Below are positions 35,146 to 47,635 of a DNA stretch of 64,000 nucleotides, in pieces. The position numbers were made by a program, and so were the translations under genes. The stretch comes from an uncultured Actinomycetes bacterium (GTDB lineage: Bacteria > Actinomycetota > Thermoleophilia > UBA2241), in NCBI GenBank assembly GCA_963755025.1, contig CAVWIH010000034.1:32001-96000 (forward strand), written 5' to 3'. The notes below the pieces were generated by a model that was given only the letters and a program-made list of their open reading frames with translations, had not been told where the DNA came from and searched no databases. How positions within the stretch are numbered: position 1 is the first letter of the stretch; each line of letters begins with the position of its first letter.

Positions 35146-37350
35146 GTGGAACCTGCAGAAGCGATCCTGGGCGACAGGCCCGCCGCCTCGCGCCGCGGCT
35201 ACGACGTCCTCGCGCGCCGCCTCGCCCTGTCGTTGCCCGTAGCGGCCGTCCTGGCCGCGATCCTTGCGCTCTCGTTCCTCTCCGGCGGCTACATCTTTTC
35301 CCGGACGGCCCCGGTGGTAGTCATCCTCCTTCCGTTGGCGGCCGTCTGGGTCTGGCTCGCGCCGCGTCGCCCCCGCCTCGACGCGACCGCCCTTGTCGCC
35401 CTCTCGGCGCTCGCGCTGTTCGCCCTCTGGGAGGGGCTGTCGATCGCCTGGTCGGTGGGCCCCGACCTGTCGTGGGTCGCCTTCGACGTCACCCTGCTGT
35501 ACCTGATCGTCGCGTGCGTCGCGACGGTCACGCCGGCCGGTCCCGCCCAGCTGCGCCTGGCCGGCTACGGCTTCGCCTGCGTCATGGTCCCGGTGGCGCT
35601 CTACGCGTTTCTCGGAAAAGTGTTGCCCGAGGTGGTGACGCACGCCCACCTCTACGCTCGCCTGAGCGCGCCGATCGGCTACTGGAACGTGCTCGCCGTC
35701 ATGCTCATGATGGCCATCTTGCCGGCGCTCGAGGGCGCCTCGCGCCGCGGCCTGCCGGCCGCGGCGCGAGGCGCCCTCGCCGGCACGCTCGCCCTCTTCC
35801 TGCTCACCTTCTTCTTCACGTTCTCGCGCGGCGGCATGCTCGCGCTGGCGCTTGCGCTGGTGGTCTACTTCGCGCTCACCAACGAGCGGCTGCAGGGCGC
35901 GCTCACGCTGGCGCTCGCCGCGGCGCCCGTGGCGGCCGTCCTGTACCATGCGCGCCACCTCGCCACCCTCTTCAACGCCACCGACAACGACGCGCTGCGC
36001 ACCGCCCAGGGCCACGCCTTCGGGCGTTGGGCGCTCCTCGCCGTCGCCGTGGCCGTCGCCGCTCAGGTCGCCGCCGCGCTGCTCGCCCGGCGCCTGCGGC
36101 TCGGCGCCCGCCTGCGCGTGGTGGTGGGCGGCGCCGTGCTGGCTCTCGCCGTGCTGATCGTGGCCGCCGGTGTGCTCTCGTACGCCGCGCGCTACGGTGG
36201 AGTGGGGGGGATGGTGCACAAGATCACCCAGCAGTTCAGCTCGTCGTCCGCGGGCGCCGACCTCAGCAACGGCGGTGCGGGACGGCTCCTCGCTTTGGGC
36301 AACGATCGCCGCATCCCCATGATCCGCGAGGGCCTGCGCAGCTTCCCGGCCCACCCGCTGGCCGGCACCGGGGCCGGCACATTCGCCTTCGTCAACGACC
36401 TGTACCGGACCGACGCCTCGTTCGTCGTGAGGCACGCCCACGACCAGTGGGTCAACGTGCTCGCCGAGCTCGGTCTCGTCGGTCTCGTGCTGTTCGTCGT
36501 GGCCGTGGGCGGCCTGCTGGCGGCCGCCCTGCGGCCGATCGGGCGCGCGGCGCGCGACGCCGATCGCGGCCTGCTGGCCGCACTGCAGGCCGCCGCGGTG
36601 GCCTTCGTCGTGCACATCACGATCGACTGGGATTGGGACATGGCGGCCGTCGCGCTCGTCTTCTTGCTGTTCACCGGCGTCGCCGCCGCCTACGTGCGCC
36701 GCCGGCGCGCCGAGCACGCCGCCTCCGCCCTCGCGCCGGCCGCTCTCGCTCCGTGCGACGACGCCGCCGACGGATCGGCCGCGCCCGACCCGACCGCTGA
36801 CGCCGCCGACCGATCGACCGCGCCGGCCCTGAGCGACGACGCCGCCGACGGCCCGGCCGCGCCGGCCCCGCGCGCGCGCCGCAGCCTCGACCGCTGGGCG
36901 GGGGAGCGGCGACTGGGCGCCGCCGGTCGCGCCCTGGCCACGGGCGTGCTCGTGCTGGTCGGGCTCTCCTTCGCGGCTCCCTACCTGTCGGAGCGCGCCC
37001 TTTCGCGGGCGATCGACTTGTCGGGCGCCGGCCACACGGCGGCGGCCGCCGTGCAGGCGCGCCGCGCCCATCGCTTCGACCCCCTCGCCGTCGACCCCCT
37101 GTTCACGCTCGCGCTCGTCGAGCAGCAGCAGGGCCGTGCGAGCGCCGCGCTCGCCACCCTCGAGCAGGCCGTCCGCCTGCAGCCGCGCAACTACCTGACG
37201 TTCTACCAGCTGGGCGTCATGCAGCTCGACGTGCTTGGGCAGCGCGCCCAGGCGGCGAGCTCACTGCGCCGCGCACTCGCCCTCAACCCCTTCGACGGCG
37301 ACTCGGCTGGCGAGTTGAACGCGGCGCTCGCGCCGGCCGCGACGCCCTGA
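35146..37350 (+). CDS. O-antigen ligase (Wzy_C/WaaL) family membrane protein with C-terminal TPR
   Basis: RL..PIGYWN, TFSRGG, HPLAGTGAGTF, HAHD..VNVLAELGLVG; TPR-like tail (LEQAVRLQPRN, RALALNP). Confidence 0.82.
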   Translation: MEPAEAILGDRPAASRRGYDVLARRLALSLPVAAVLAAILALSFLSGGYIFSRTAPVVVILLPLAAVWVWLAPRRPRLDATALVALSALALFALWEGLSIAWSVGPDLSWVAFDVTLLYLIVACVATVTPAGPAQLRLAGYGFACVMVPVALYAFLGKVLPEVVTHAHLYARLSAPIGYWNVLAVMLMMAILPALEGASRRGLPAAARGALAGTLALFLLTFFFTFSRGGMLALALALVVYFALTNERLQGALTLALAAAPVAAVLYHARHLATLFNATDNDALRTAQGHAFGRWALLAVAVAVAAQVAAALLARRLRLGARLRVVVGGAVLALAVLIVAAGVLSYAARYGGVGGMVHKITQQFSSSSAGADLSNGGAGRLLALGNDRRIPMIREGLRSFPAHPLAGTGAGTFAFVNDLYRTDASFVVRHAHDQWVNVLAELGLVGLVLFVVAVGGLLAAALRPIGRAARDADRGLLAALQAAAVAFVVHITIDWDWDMAAVALVFLLFTGVAAAYVRRRRAEHAASALAPAALAPCDDAADGSAAPDPTADAADRSTAPALSDDAADGPAAPAPRARRSLDRWAGERRLGAAGRALATGVLVLVGLSFAAPYLSERALSRAIDLSGAGHTAAAAVQARRAHRFDPLAVDPLFTLALVEQQQGRASAALATLEQAVRLQPRNYLTFYQLGVMQLDVLGQRAQAASSLRRALALNPFDGDSAGELNAALAPAATP
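36757..36873 (+). repeat. 39-bp in-frame tandem repeat, 3 degenerate copies
   Basis: DDAADGSAAPDPT / ADAADRSTAPALS / DDAADGPAAPAPR. Confidence 0.7.
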
Positions 37351-37491
37351 CGAGCGCCCGGGTGTGGCGCCGCTGTGCGGTGGGCAGACAAGCCCTCAGG
37401 GGCCGCCCCGTAACGCTGTCTCGCGACATTGGTCTGCAGTCATCTCTGGTAGACTAAGCGCCCGCCAGCACGAGTGAGGAGCAGATTGAAC

Positions 37492-38835
37492 GTGCCACAA
37501 TCAGAGCGCCCCGTAGGCGTCATCGGTGTCGGGTACGTCGGTCTTGTGACCGCCGTCTGCATCGCCCACCTCGGCCATCAGGTGGTGTGCCTCGACGTCG
37601 ACGAAGCCAAGGTGGCGACCTTGCGGGCAGGCGCCGTGCCCATCTACGAGCCCGGCCTCGACGACCTCATGGCCGGGGCTCGCGACCGCCTCACGTTCAC
37701 GACCTCCTACGACGAGCTCTGCCAGGCGTCGCGCGTCCTCTTTGTGGCCGTCGACACGCCGCCGTCGCCGTCGGGCGACGCCGACATGTCGCGCGTCGAC
37801 AGCGTCGTGCGCGAAGTCGTGGCGCGCGGCGGCGAACGCCTGCTCGTCATGAAGAGCACGGTGCCGGTCGGCACCGGCGAGCGCGTCACCGCCGAGCTCG
37901 AGAGCGCCGGCGCCACGGCCATCGGCTACGTCTCCAACCCCGAGTTCCTGCGCGAAGGCGCCGCGGTCGACGACGTCCTGCACCCCGACCGCATCGTCAT
38001 CGGCTCGTACCGCGCGAGCGACGGCGACGAAGTCCAGGCGCTCTTCTCCCAGGTCGAGACGACCGTCGTGCGCACCAGCGTGGCCACCGCCGAGATGATC
38101 AAGTACGCCTCCAACGCCTTTCTGGCCACCAAGATCTCGTTCATCAACGAGATCGCCAACGTGTGCGAGGTCGTGGGCGCCGACGTGCGCGTGGTGGCCG
38201 ACGGCATGGGCCTCGACCACCGCATCGGGCCGCATTTCCTGCAGGCGGGCATCGGCTACGGCGGTTCCTGCTTTCCCAAAGACGTACAGGCGCTCAAGCA
38301 GCTCGCCGGCAACTCCGGCTACCACTTTCAGCTGCTGAACGCCGTGATCGAGGTCAATCACCTGCAGAAGCGCCGGGTCGTGGGCAAGCTGTCCGAGCGC
38401 CTCGGCCGGCTGCGCGGCAAGCACATCGCGCTGCTGGGCCTCACCTTCAAGCCCCAGACCGACGACCTGCGCGAGGCCGCCTCCATCGTGCTCGCCGGCC
38501 GGCTGCGGGCCGAAGGCGCCCGCGTGTCGGCCTACGACCCCGTGGTCGGTCCGGGCTCGCACGCCGACCTGTTCCCCGGCGTCGAGATCGCCGCGAGCGC
38601 CCTCGAGGCCTTAGACGGCGCCGACGCGGCGGTGCTCGTCACCGAGTGGCCCGAGTTCGTGGCGCTCGACTGGGTCGTGGTGCGCGAGCGCATGCGCGGC
38701 CGTCACGTGATCGACGGGCGCAACGTGTTAGACGCCGGCCGCGTGACCGCCGCCGGGCTTGTGTACGGCGGCATCGGCACCGTCGACCAGCCACTTGCGA
38801 CCGGCGACCCGGTCGGCTCTCCCGAGGCCAGGTAA
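37492..38835 (+). CDS. ugd: UDP-glucose/GDP-mannose 6-dehydrogenase
   Basis: GVGYVG, KSTVPVGT, SNPEFLREG, GYGGSCFPKD, FKPQTDDLRE. Confidence 0.92.
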   Translation: MPQSERPVGVIGVGYVGLVTAVCIAHLGHQVVCLDVDEAKVATLRAGAVPIYEPGLDDLMAGARDRLTFTTSYDELCQASRVLFVAVDTPPSPSGDADMSRVDSVVREVVARGGERLLVMKSTVPVGTGERVTAELESAGATAIGYVSNPEFLREGAAVDDVLHPDRIVIGSYRASDGDEVQALFSQVETTVVRTSVATAEMIKYASNAFLATKISFINEIANVCEVVGADVRVVADGMGLDHRIGPHFLQAGIGYGGSCFPKDVQALKQLAGNSGYHFQLLNAVIEVNHLQKRRVVGKLSERLGRLRGKHIALLGLTFKPQTDDLREAASIVLAGRLRAEGARVSAYDPVVGPGSHADLFPGVEIAASALEALDGADAAVLVTEWPEFVALDWVVVRERMRGRHVIDGRNVLDAGRVTAAGLVYGGIGTVDQPLATGDPVGSPEAR

Positions 38836-38847
38836 GCTATCGCGCCC

Positions 38848-40014
38848 GTGCCCGGCGACTCGTCGTGCGCTCAAGCCGTCGTGCTGGTCGGTGGCGAGGG
38901 CACGCGCCTGCGGCCGATCACCTCGCGTGTACCCAAGCCGGTCGTGCCCCTGGTGGGCCGGCCGTTCGTGGGCTACATCCTCGAGAACCTCGCGCGCCAC
39001 GGCGTGCGGCGCGCCGTCTTTTCGGCCGGGTACCTGGCGCAGGCCCTCGAGCGCTCCATCGGCGACGGCGAGCGCTACGGCCTGTCCGTGAGCTACGTGG
39101 TCGAAGAACAGCCGCTAGGCACCGCCGGGGCCATCAAGAACGTCCAGTCCGAGCTCGACGGCGGCTGCCTGTACGCCTTTAACGGCGACGTCCTCACCGA
39201 CGTCGACCTGACCGCCATGACCGCCTTCCACAGGGAGCGGGGAGCGCTCGCCACCATCCTCCTCACCCGGGTCGACGACCCGCGGCGCTACGGCCTGGTC
39301 GAGATCGACGACGACGGCCGGGTGGCCGAGTTCGTCGAAAAGCCGGGCGCCGAGTACGCCGTGCCGGCGCACGGCGCCCTCATCAACGCCGGCGTGTACC
39401 TGCTCGAACCCGAGGTGCTCGACATGATCCCGGCCGGCAAGCAGCTCTCGATCGAGCGCGGCGTGTTTCCGCAACTGGCCGCCGGCGGACGCCTGTACGC
39501 CTTCGTCTCCGACGCCTACTGGCGCGACATCGGCACGCCCGACAGCTACCTGCAGGCGCACTTCGACCTGTTGCAGAGCACGATCGCCACCAGCGTCTCG
39601 CGCGACGTCGGCTCGTCGTACCTGTTCGTGGCGCCCGACGCCGTCATCGCGCCCGGCGCCAAGGTCATACCTCCCGCGCACGTGGGGAGCGGCACCACCC
39701 TCGCCGCCGGCAGTCGCGTAGGGCCGCTCGCCGTCGTCGGCGAGGGCTGCGTGGTCGAACGCGGCGCCGAAGTCATCGAGTCCGTCGTGCAAGACGGCGT
39801 CACGGTCGGCGCGCGCACCTCGATCGAGCGCAGCGTGATCGTGAGCGGCGCCTCGTTGGGCGAGAACAGCCACGTCGTGAACGCCGTCATAGGCGATGGC
39901 TGTCGGGTCGGCGCCGACAACGTCATCGCCAACGGCTGCTGCCTGTTCCCCGAAACGGTGCTCGCCGACGGCGCCATGAAGTTTCGCGAGTTCGACGGAG
40001 TGGAGGGCCGATGA
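38848..40014 (+). CDS. mannose-1-phosphate guanylyltransferase-like NDP-sugar synthase with LbH domain
   Basis: VGGEGTRLRP, PKP, PLGTAG, NGDV, FVEKP, WRDIGTP. Confidence 0.88.
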   Translation: MPGDSSCAQAVVLVGGEGTRLRPITSRVPKPVVPLVGRPFVGYILENLARHGVRRAVFSAGYLAQALERSIGDGERYGLSVSYVVEEQPLGTAGAIKNVQSELDGGCLYAFNGDVLTDVDLTAMTAFHRERGALATILLTRVDDPRRYGLVEIDDDGRVAEFVEKPGAEYAVPAHGALINAGVYLLEPEVLDMIPAGKQLSIERGVFPQLAAGGRLYAFVSDAYWRDIGTPDSYLQAHFDLLQSTIATSVSRDVGSSYLFVAPDAVIAPGAKVIPPAHVGSGTTLAAGSRVGPLAVVGEGCVVERGAEVIESVVQDGVTVGARTSIERSVIVSGASLGENSHVVNAVIGDGCRVGADNVIANGCCLFPETVLADGAMKFREFDGVEGR

Positions 40015-41366
40015 CCGTCTCGCCCGATGCCTTCAAGGCCTACGACGTGCGAGGTCTCTACCCTCAGGAGCTCGACGCCGAAGGCGCCCGGCGCATAGGC
40101 GCCGCCCTGGCGGAGCAGCTCGGCGCCCGCAGTCTGGCCGTCGCGCACGACCCGCGGCTCTCGTCGCCCGAGCTCGCCGCCGCCTTCGCCGTGGGCGCCG
40201 AGTCGGCGGGGGCGCAGGTCACGAGCTTCGGCATGACCCCGACCGAGATGCTCTACTTCGGGGTCGCCGACCGCGGTCTCGACGGCGGCGCCGCGGTGAC
40301 GGCGTCGCACAACCCGCCCGAGTACAACGGCATGAAGCTGGTCGGCGAGGGCGCCCTGCCGCTGTCGGGCGACGCCGGCATCCCCGAGCTCAAGCGGCGC
40401 GTGGCCGACATGGCGAGCGCGCCGCCCGCCGGCGAGCCGCACGTCATAGCCGACGACCTCTACCCCGATTACGTGCGCCACCTGCTCGCCCAGGTCGACG
40501 CCGCGAGTCTGCGGCCCTACCGCGTCGTGATGGACGCCACCAACGGCGCCGCCGGCAAGCTCGCGCCCCTGGTCTTCGACCGCACGCCGATCGAGCGCGT
40601 CGAGCTCTACTTCGACGTCGACGGGAGCTTCCCCAACCACGCCCCCAACCCGCTCCTCGAAGAGAACAGCCGCGAGCTGCGCGAACGCGTGGTCGCCGAA
40701 CAGGCCGAGCTCGGCATAGCCTGGGACGGCGACGCCGACCGCTGCTTCTTCATCGACGAGAACGGCGCCTTCGTGCCCGGCGACTTCGTCACCGCGCTGC
40801 TCGCCGAGGCCCTGCTCGTGCGCAACCCGGGGGCGAAGATCCTCTACGACCTGCGCGCCAGCCGCGCCGTGCCCGACACCATCCGGGCCTGCGGCGGCGA
40901 GGCGCTCATCAACCGTGTGGGCCACGCCTTCTTCAAGCAGCGCATGCGCCGCGAAGAGGTGCTGTTCGGCGGCGAGGTCTCGGGCCACTACTACTTCAAG
41001 GCCAACCACAACGCCGACTCAGGCTTCATTCCGGCGCTGCTCATCCTCGAGCTGCTCTCGCACAAGCGCGCCACCATGGCCGAGCTGCTCGAGCCGCTGC
41101 GCGCCCGCTACTTCATCTCGGGCGAGATCAACTCGCGAGTCGACGACGTGCCGGCGGCGCTGGCGCGGATCGAAGCACGCTTCGCCGACGGCGAGATCGG
41201 CCACCTCGACGGCGTCTCGGTCGACTATCCCGACTGGCACTTCAACGTACGCGCCTCGAACACCGAACCGCTGCTGCGCCTCAACCTGGGCGCGGCCAGC
41301 GCGGCGCAGATGCAGGAGAAACGCGACCTGGTGCTGTCGGTCATGCTGCCAGGGGGCGCCTCGTGA
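40011..41366 (+). CDS. phosphomannomutase/phosphoglucomutase
   Basis: FKAYDVRG, TASHNP, DGDADR, GGEVSGH, RASNTEP. Confidence 0.93.
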   Translation: MTVSPDAFKAYDVRGLYPQELDAEGARRIGAALAEQLGARSLAVAHDPRLSSPELAAAFAVGAESAGAQVTSFGMTPTEMLYFGVADRGLDGGAAVTASHNPPEYNGMKLVGEGALPLSGDAGIPELKRRVADMASAPPAGEPHVIADDLYPDYVRHLLAQVDAASLRPYRVVMDATNGAAGKLAPLVFDRTPIERVELYFDVDGSFPNHAPNPLLEENSRELRERVVAEQAELGIAWDGDADRCFFIDENGAFVPGDFVTALLAEALLVRNPGAKILYDLRASRAVPDTIRACGGEALINRVGHAFFKQRMRREEVLFGGEVSGHYYFKANHNADSGFIPALLILELLSHKRATMAELLEPLRARYFISGEINSRVDDVPAALARIEARFADGEIGHLDGVSVDYPDWHFNVRASNTEPLLRLNLGAASAAQMQEKRDLVLSVMLPGGAS

Positions 41367-42483
41367 GCGCCGACGGCGTGACCGACGCGGGTGCGCGCGT
41401 GACGAGCGACGAGCTCGGCGCCGCCCGCGTGGCCGAGCTCGACAGCGACGGCCAGTTCGCCACCGTGGCGCGCCTGGCCGACCAGCTCGAAGAGGGCTAC
41501 ACCCACGCCGTGGCCGGCCTGCTGGGCAAGCGCCTCATGGCCGCCGAGCGGCCCGACGGCGTCGTGGCCTGCGGCATGGGCGGCTCCGCGATCGGCGCCG
41601 ACGTCATCGGCGCCTGCCTCGCCGGGCTGCCGGTGCCCTATCAGGTGGTGCGCGGCTACGAGCTGCCGGCCTGGGTCTCCGAGCGCACGCTCGTGCTGGC
41701 GGTGAGCTACTCGGGCAACACCGCCGAGACGCTCGCCTGCGTCGAGCGCGCGCTGCCGCGGGGCTGCCGGCCGGTCTGCGTGGCGTCGGGCGGTCGGCTG
41801 GCCGCGCTTGCCGCGCAGCACGCCCTGCCGCTCGTCGCGGTGCCGGGGGGCCTGCAGCCGCGGGCCTCGATCGGTCACCTGGCCATGCCGGTCGGCGCCG
41901 CCCTCGAGGCGGCCGGTCTGGCGCCGGGCTTCGACGAACAGGTCGCCGAGGCCATCGAGGTCGTCGCCGCACTCGGCGCCGAGCTCGGCCCCGGCGTACC
42001 CGACGACGACAACGAGGCCAAGTCGATCGCCCGCCGGCTGGTCGATCGCCTGCCCGTCATCTACGGCGCGGGCGTCACGGCGCCGGCAGCGCGGCGCTGG
42101 AAGGGCGAGATCAACGAGAACGCCAAAGCGCCGGCCTTCTTCAACGAGCTGCCCGAGCTCGACCACAACGAGATCGCCGGTTGGGAGAGCAACCCCGGCG
42201 TGGCGGAGCGCGCCGTGCTCGTCATGCTCGACGATCCCGCCGGCGACGAGCGCCTGCGGCGCCGCATGGACTTCACGGCGGCGATCGTGGCGCCTCGCGT
42301 GGCCGGCGTGGTGCGCGTGGCCAGCCGCGGCGTGCTGCCGCTGGCGCGCCTCATCTCGAGCGCCTACGTGGGCGACTTCGCCTCGCTCTACCTGGCCCTG
42401 CTCTACGGCGTCGACCCCGCGCCGGTCACCGCCATCGAAGACTTGAAGGTGCGCCTGGCGGCCCAGGGCGGCGCGGCGCCGTC

Positions 42484-42487
<4 letters not shown>
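41363..42487 (+). CDS. bifunctional phosphoglucose/phosphomannose isomerase (SIS)
   Basis: GMGGSAIG, SYSGNT.ET, QPRA, RW...INENAK, PELDHNE. Confidence 0.88.
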
Positions 42488-44520
<2,033 letters not shown>

Positions 44521-44534
44521 GTCCATCCGGTCGA

Positions 44535-44573
44535 GCGGCGCGACGGGGGCTCGCTGAGCCCCCGTCGCGCCGC
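44535..44573. terminator. GC-rich hairpin after ahcY
   Basis: gcggcgcgacgggggctc-gct-gagcccccgtcgcgccgc 18-bp stem, no U-tract. Confidence 0.5.
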
Positions 44574-44625
44574 CACACCGCCGGCGTCATGCGCCGCCCG
44601 CCGGCCAGCGCAAGGACCACGCCCG

Positions 44626-45714
44626 CTGAACGCCGATAACCCCCAGCACAAGCTGCGCATCGAGACCGTCGAGATCCGTGCCGACTCGGTCGTGCTCATC
44701 GACCAGCTCGCGCTGCCCGCCGACGAACGCTACGTCACCTGCTCCACCTGGCGCGACGTCGCCGCGCGCATCCGCGACATGACCGTACGCGGGGCGCCCG
44801 CCATCGGCGTGGCCGCGGCCGGCGCCCTGGCGCTGGCCGCCCGCGAGGCCGCCTTCGCCGGCGGCGAGCGCGCCGCCTTCGACGCCGCCTTAAGCGAGGC
44901 GGCGGCCGGCCTCGCCCAAACGCGGCCCACCGCCGTCAACCTCACCTGGGCCATCGCCGAGATGCGCGCCCTGTGGCAGCGCTGCGACGCGGCGCCCGAC
45001 GAATGCTGGCTCACCCTGCTCGCCCGGGCGCGCGAGATCCACGACGACGACATCCGCCGCTGCTACGCCATCGGCGCGTTCGGCGCGCCGCTCTTCGCAG
45101 CCGGCGCCGCCATCCTCACGCACTGCAACGCGGGCGCCCTGGCGACCGCCGGCTACGGCACCGCGCTGGGCGTCATCCGCTCCTGCCACGAGCGCTACGG
45201 CGGCGCCGTCTCGGTGTTCGTCGACGAGACCCGGCCCTGGCTGCAGGGCGCGCGCCTTACGGCGTGGGAACTCGGCGTCGAGGGCATCGAGTACAGCGTC
45301 ATCAGCGACAACATGGCTGGGCACTTCATCTCGAGGGGAGAGGTCGACGGCATAGTGGTAGGGGCCGACCGCATCGCCGCCAACGGCGACACCGCCAACA
45401 AGATCGGCACGTACACGCTGTCGGTGCTGGCCAAAGAACACGGCGTGCCGTTCTACGTGGCCGCGCCGCTCTCGACCGTCGACCTGGCCGTCGCGGGCGG
45501 CGCCGACATACCCATCGAAGAGCGCGACCCGGCCGAGGTCACCCACTTTCGCGGCACGCGCGTCACTCCGGCGGGAGCCCACGCCCGCCACCCGGCCTTC
45601 GACGTCACGCCGCAGGCCAACATCAGCGCCATCATCACCGAGGTCGGCGTGCTGCGCGCGCCCTACGACCGCGCGCTGCGTCTGGCGTGCGCCAAGGGCG
45701 AGTGCGCCCCGTGA
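44626..45714 (+). CDS. mtnA: S-methyl-5-thioribose-1-phosphate isomerase (start probably CTG 44626)
   Basis: IDQ.ALP, VRGAPAIG, TRPTAVNL, THCNAGALAT, ETRP, GADRI..NGD.ANKIGT. Confidence 0.93.
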   Translation: MNADNPQHKLRIETVEIRADSVVLIDQLALPADERYVTCSTWRDVAARIRDMTVRGAPAIGVAAAGALALAAREAAFAGGERAAFDAALSEAAAGLAQTRPTAVNLTWAIAEMRALWQRCDAAPDECWLTLLARAREIHDDDIRRCYAIGAFGAPLFAAGAAILTHCNAGALATAGYGTALGVIRSCHERYGGAVSVFVDETRPWLQGARLTAWELGVEGIEYSVISDNMAGHFISRGEVDGIVVGADRIAANGDTANKIGTYTLSVLAKEHGVPFYVAAPLSTVDLAVAGGADIPIEERDPAEVTHFRGTRVTPAGAHARHPAFDVTPQANISAIITEVGVLRAPYDRALRLACAKGECAP

Positions 45715-46856
45715 ACCCCGGCAAAGCGCCCAAGGCGCCCAAGGCGCACATCATGGCGGCCGGCCTGGGCACTCGCCTGGCGCCGCTCACCGACCGCACC
45801 GCCAAGCCCATGGCGCCCATCGTCAATCGCCCGGTCATGGAGCACACCCTGCGCCTGCTGGCGCGCCACGGCGTGACCGAGGTCTGCATCAACCTGCACC
45901 ACTACGCCGACGACATCCAGGGCTACTTCGGCGACGGCCGCGACTTCGGCCTGCAGGCGCACTACTGCTTCGAAGAGAAGCTCCTGGGCACCGCCGGCGG
46001 CACCGGCGGGTTTCGCGACCTGCTCGGCGACGAGACCTTCCTCGTGGTCAGCGGCGACGCCCTCACCGACGTCGACATCTCGTCGTTCGTGGCCGCGCAC
46101 CGCGACAGCGGGGCGCTCGCCACGCTGGCCGTCAAAGAGGTCGAAGACCCCTCGCACTACGGCGTCGTGGTGCACGACGCCGCCGGCCGCGTGCTGGGCT
46201 TTCAAGAAAAGCCGGCCCGGGCCGACGCCCTGTCGAACCTGTGCAACTGCGGCATCTACGTCTTCGAGCCGGCCATCTTCGACCACATCCCGCGCGGCGC
46301 CTTCGTCGACTACGCCAAAGACGTCTTTCCGGCGCTGCTCGCCGCCGACCTGCCGTTCCACGTGTGGCGCCTCGAGACCTACTGGAACGACGTGGGCAGC
46401 ATCCGCGAGTACCGGCGCAGCAACTTCGACGCCCTGCTGGGCCGCGTCGCCGTCACGCTGCCCGGCCGCGAGCTGCGCCTCGGGGTGTGGATCGGCGACG
46501 ACACCGAGGTCGCCGACGACGTCGAGATCGTGCCCCCCGTGCTCATCGGCGACGGCTGCCGGGTGGGCCCTCACGCGCGCCTCGTCGGACCGCTCGTCAT
46601 CGGCGACGGCTGCACCATCGGGCGCGGCGCGCTGCTCGAAGGCGTCATCCATTGGGACGGCACCGCCACCGGTCGCGGCGCCTCGCTGGCCGGCGGCATC
46701 GTCGGCCGCGGCGTCACCATCGGCGACCACGCCGTCGTGCACCGCGGGGCGGTGATCGGCAACGGCTGCAGCATCGCCGACGGCGCCGTCGTCAGGGCCG
46801 ACGCCCGGCTCGGCCCGCAGACCGCGGTCAAGGTCGCGACCGAACCCCTGGCGTGA
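45711..46856 (+). CDS. second NDP-sugar synthase (nucleotidyltransferase + LbH)
   Basis: AAGLGTRL.PLT, KPM, LGTAGG, SGDALTD, FQEKP, YWNDVG, hexapeptide repeats. Confidence 0.88.
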   Translation: MNPGKAPKAPKAHIMAAGLGTRLAPLTDRTAKPMAPIVNRPVMEHTLRLLARHGVTEVCINLHHYADDIQGYFGDGRDFGLQAHYCFEEKLLGTAGGTGGFRDLLGDETFLVVSGDALTDVDISSFVAAHRDSGALATLAVKEVEDPSHYGVVVHDAAGRVLGFQEKPARADALSNLCNCGIYVFEPAIFDHIPRGAFVDYAKDVFPALLAADLPFHVWRLETYWNDVGSIREYRRSNFDALLGRVAVTLPGRELRLGVWIGDDTEVADDVEIVPPVLIGDGCRVGPHARLVGPLVIGDGCTIGRGALLEGVIHWDGTATGRGASLAGGIVGRGVTIGDHAVVHRGAVIGNGCSIADGAVVRADARLGPQTAVKVATEPLA

Positions 46857-47635
46857 CCGCGCTCGGCCGCTTGGCCGACGGGGCGGTCGACCTCTTTCTT
46901 CCTAAGCGCTGCGTCGTCTGCGGCCGCGCCGGCGGCTGGCTGTGCCCGGCCTGCGCAGCGGCGCTCGCGCCGCTGCCCGACTGCGTCTGCGGGCGCTGCG
47001 GGGCGCCGCTCGGCCGGCCGCGCGACGAGTGCCGCGAGTGTCGCGGGCGCGACCTCGCCTTTGCCTCGGCGCGGGCCGCCTACCTCTACCAGGGTCCGGC
47101 GCGCCGCCTGGTCACGGCCTGCAAGTTCCGCTCGCTGCGCTCGCTCACCGCCGAGATGGCCGAGCTCTCGCGACCCGCCTTCGAGCGCGCCCTCGTGCTC
47201 GCCGCCGGCGCCGGCGGGGGCGTCGACCTGGTCACCTGCGTGCCGGTGCATCGCGAGCGCGACCTCGAACGCGGCTTCGACCAGGCCGCCCTGCTGGCGC
47301 GCCGCCTGGCCGCCGGCGCCGGCCTGCCGTACGCGCCGCTGCTCGTGCGCCGGCGGCGCGGGCGGCGGCAGAGCGGCCTCGGCGCCGCCGCCCGCGCCGA
47401 AAACGTGCGCGAAGCGTTCAGGCTCGACGACAGATTGGTCGATAAAGCGGGTAGAGTGTGTACCGTGTTGGTCGTTGATGACGTCTACACGACGGGTGAG
47501 ACACTACACGCGTGTTCTCTAGCTTTACGACACGCGGGCTGCGAGCCGCATGCGTTCACGTTTGCGCGCGCCGCCCGCGGTTTTCGTTCTACAGACCGCT
47601 TCGGATCGTCGGTAACAAAGGAGCCGCCTTCATGA
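46853..47635 (+). CDS. comF: ComF family (double zinc ribbon + PRTase)
   Basis: Four CxxC pairs, ERGFDQA, R.ENV..AF, LVVDDVYTTG.TL. Confidence 0.9.
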   Translation: MTALGRLADGAVDLFLPKRCVVCGRAGGWLCPACAAALAPLPDCVCGRCGAPLGRPRDECRECRGRDLAFASARAAYLYQGPARRLVTACKFRSLRSLTAEMAELSRPAFERALVLAAGAGGGVDLVTCVPVHRERDLERGFDQAALLARRLAAGAGLPYAPLLVRRRRGRRQSGLGAAARAENVREAFRLDDRLVDKAGRVCTVLVVDDVYTTGETLHACSLALRHAGCEPHAFTFARAARGFRSTDRFGSSVTKEPPS

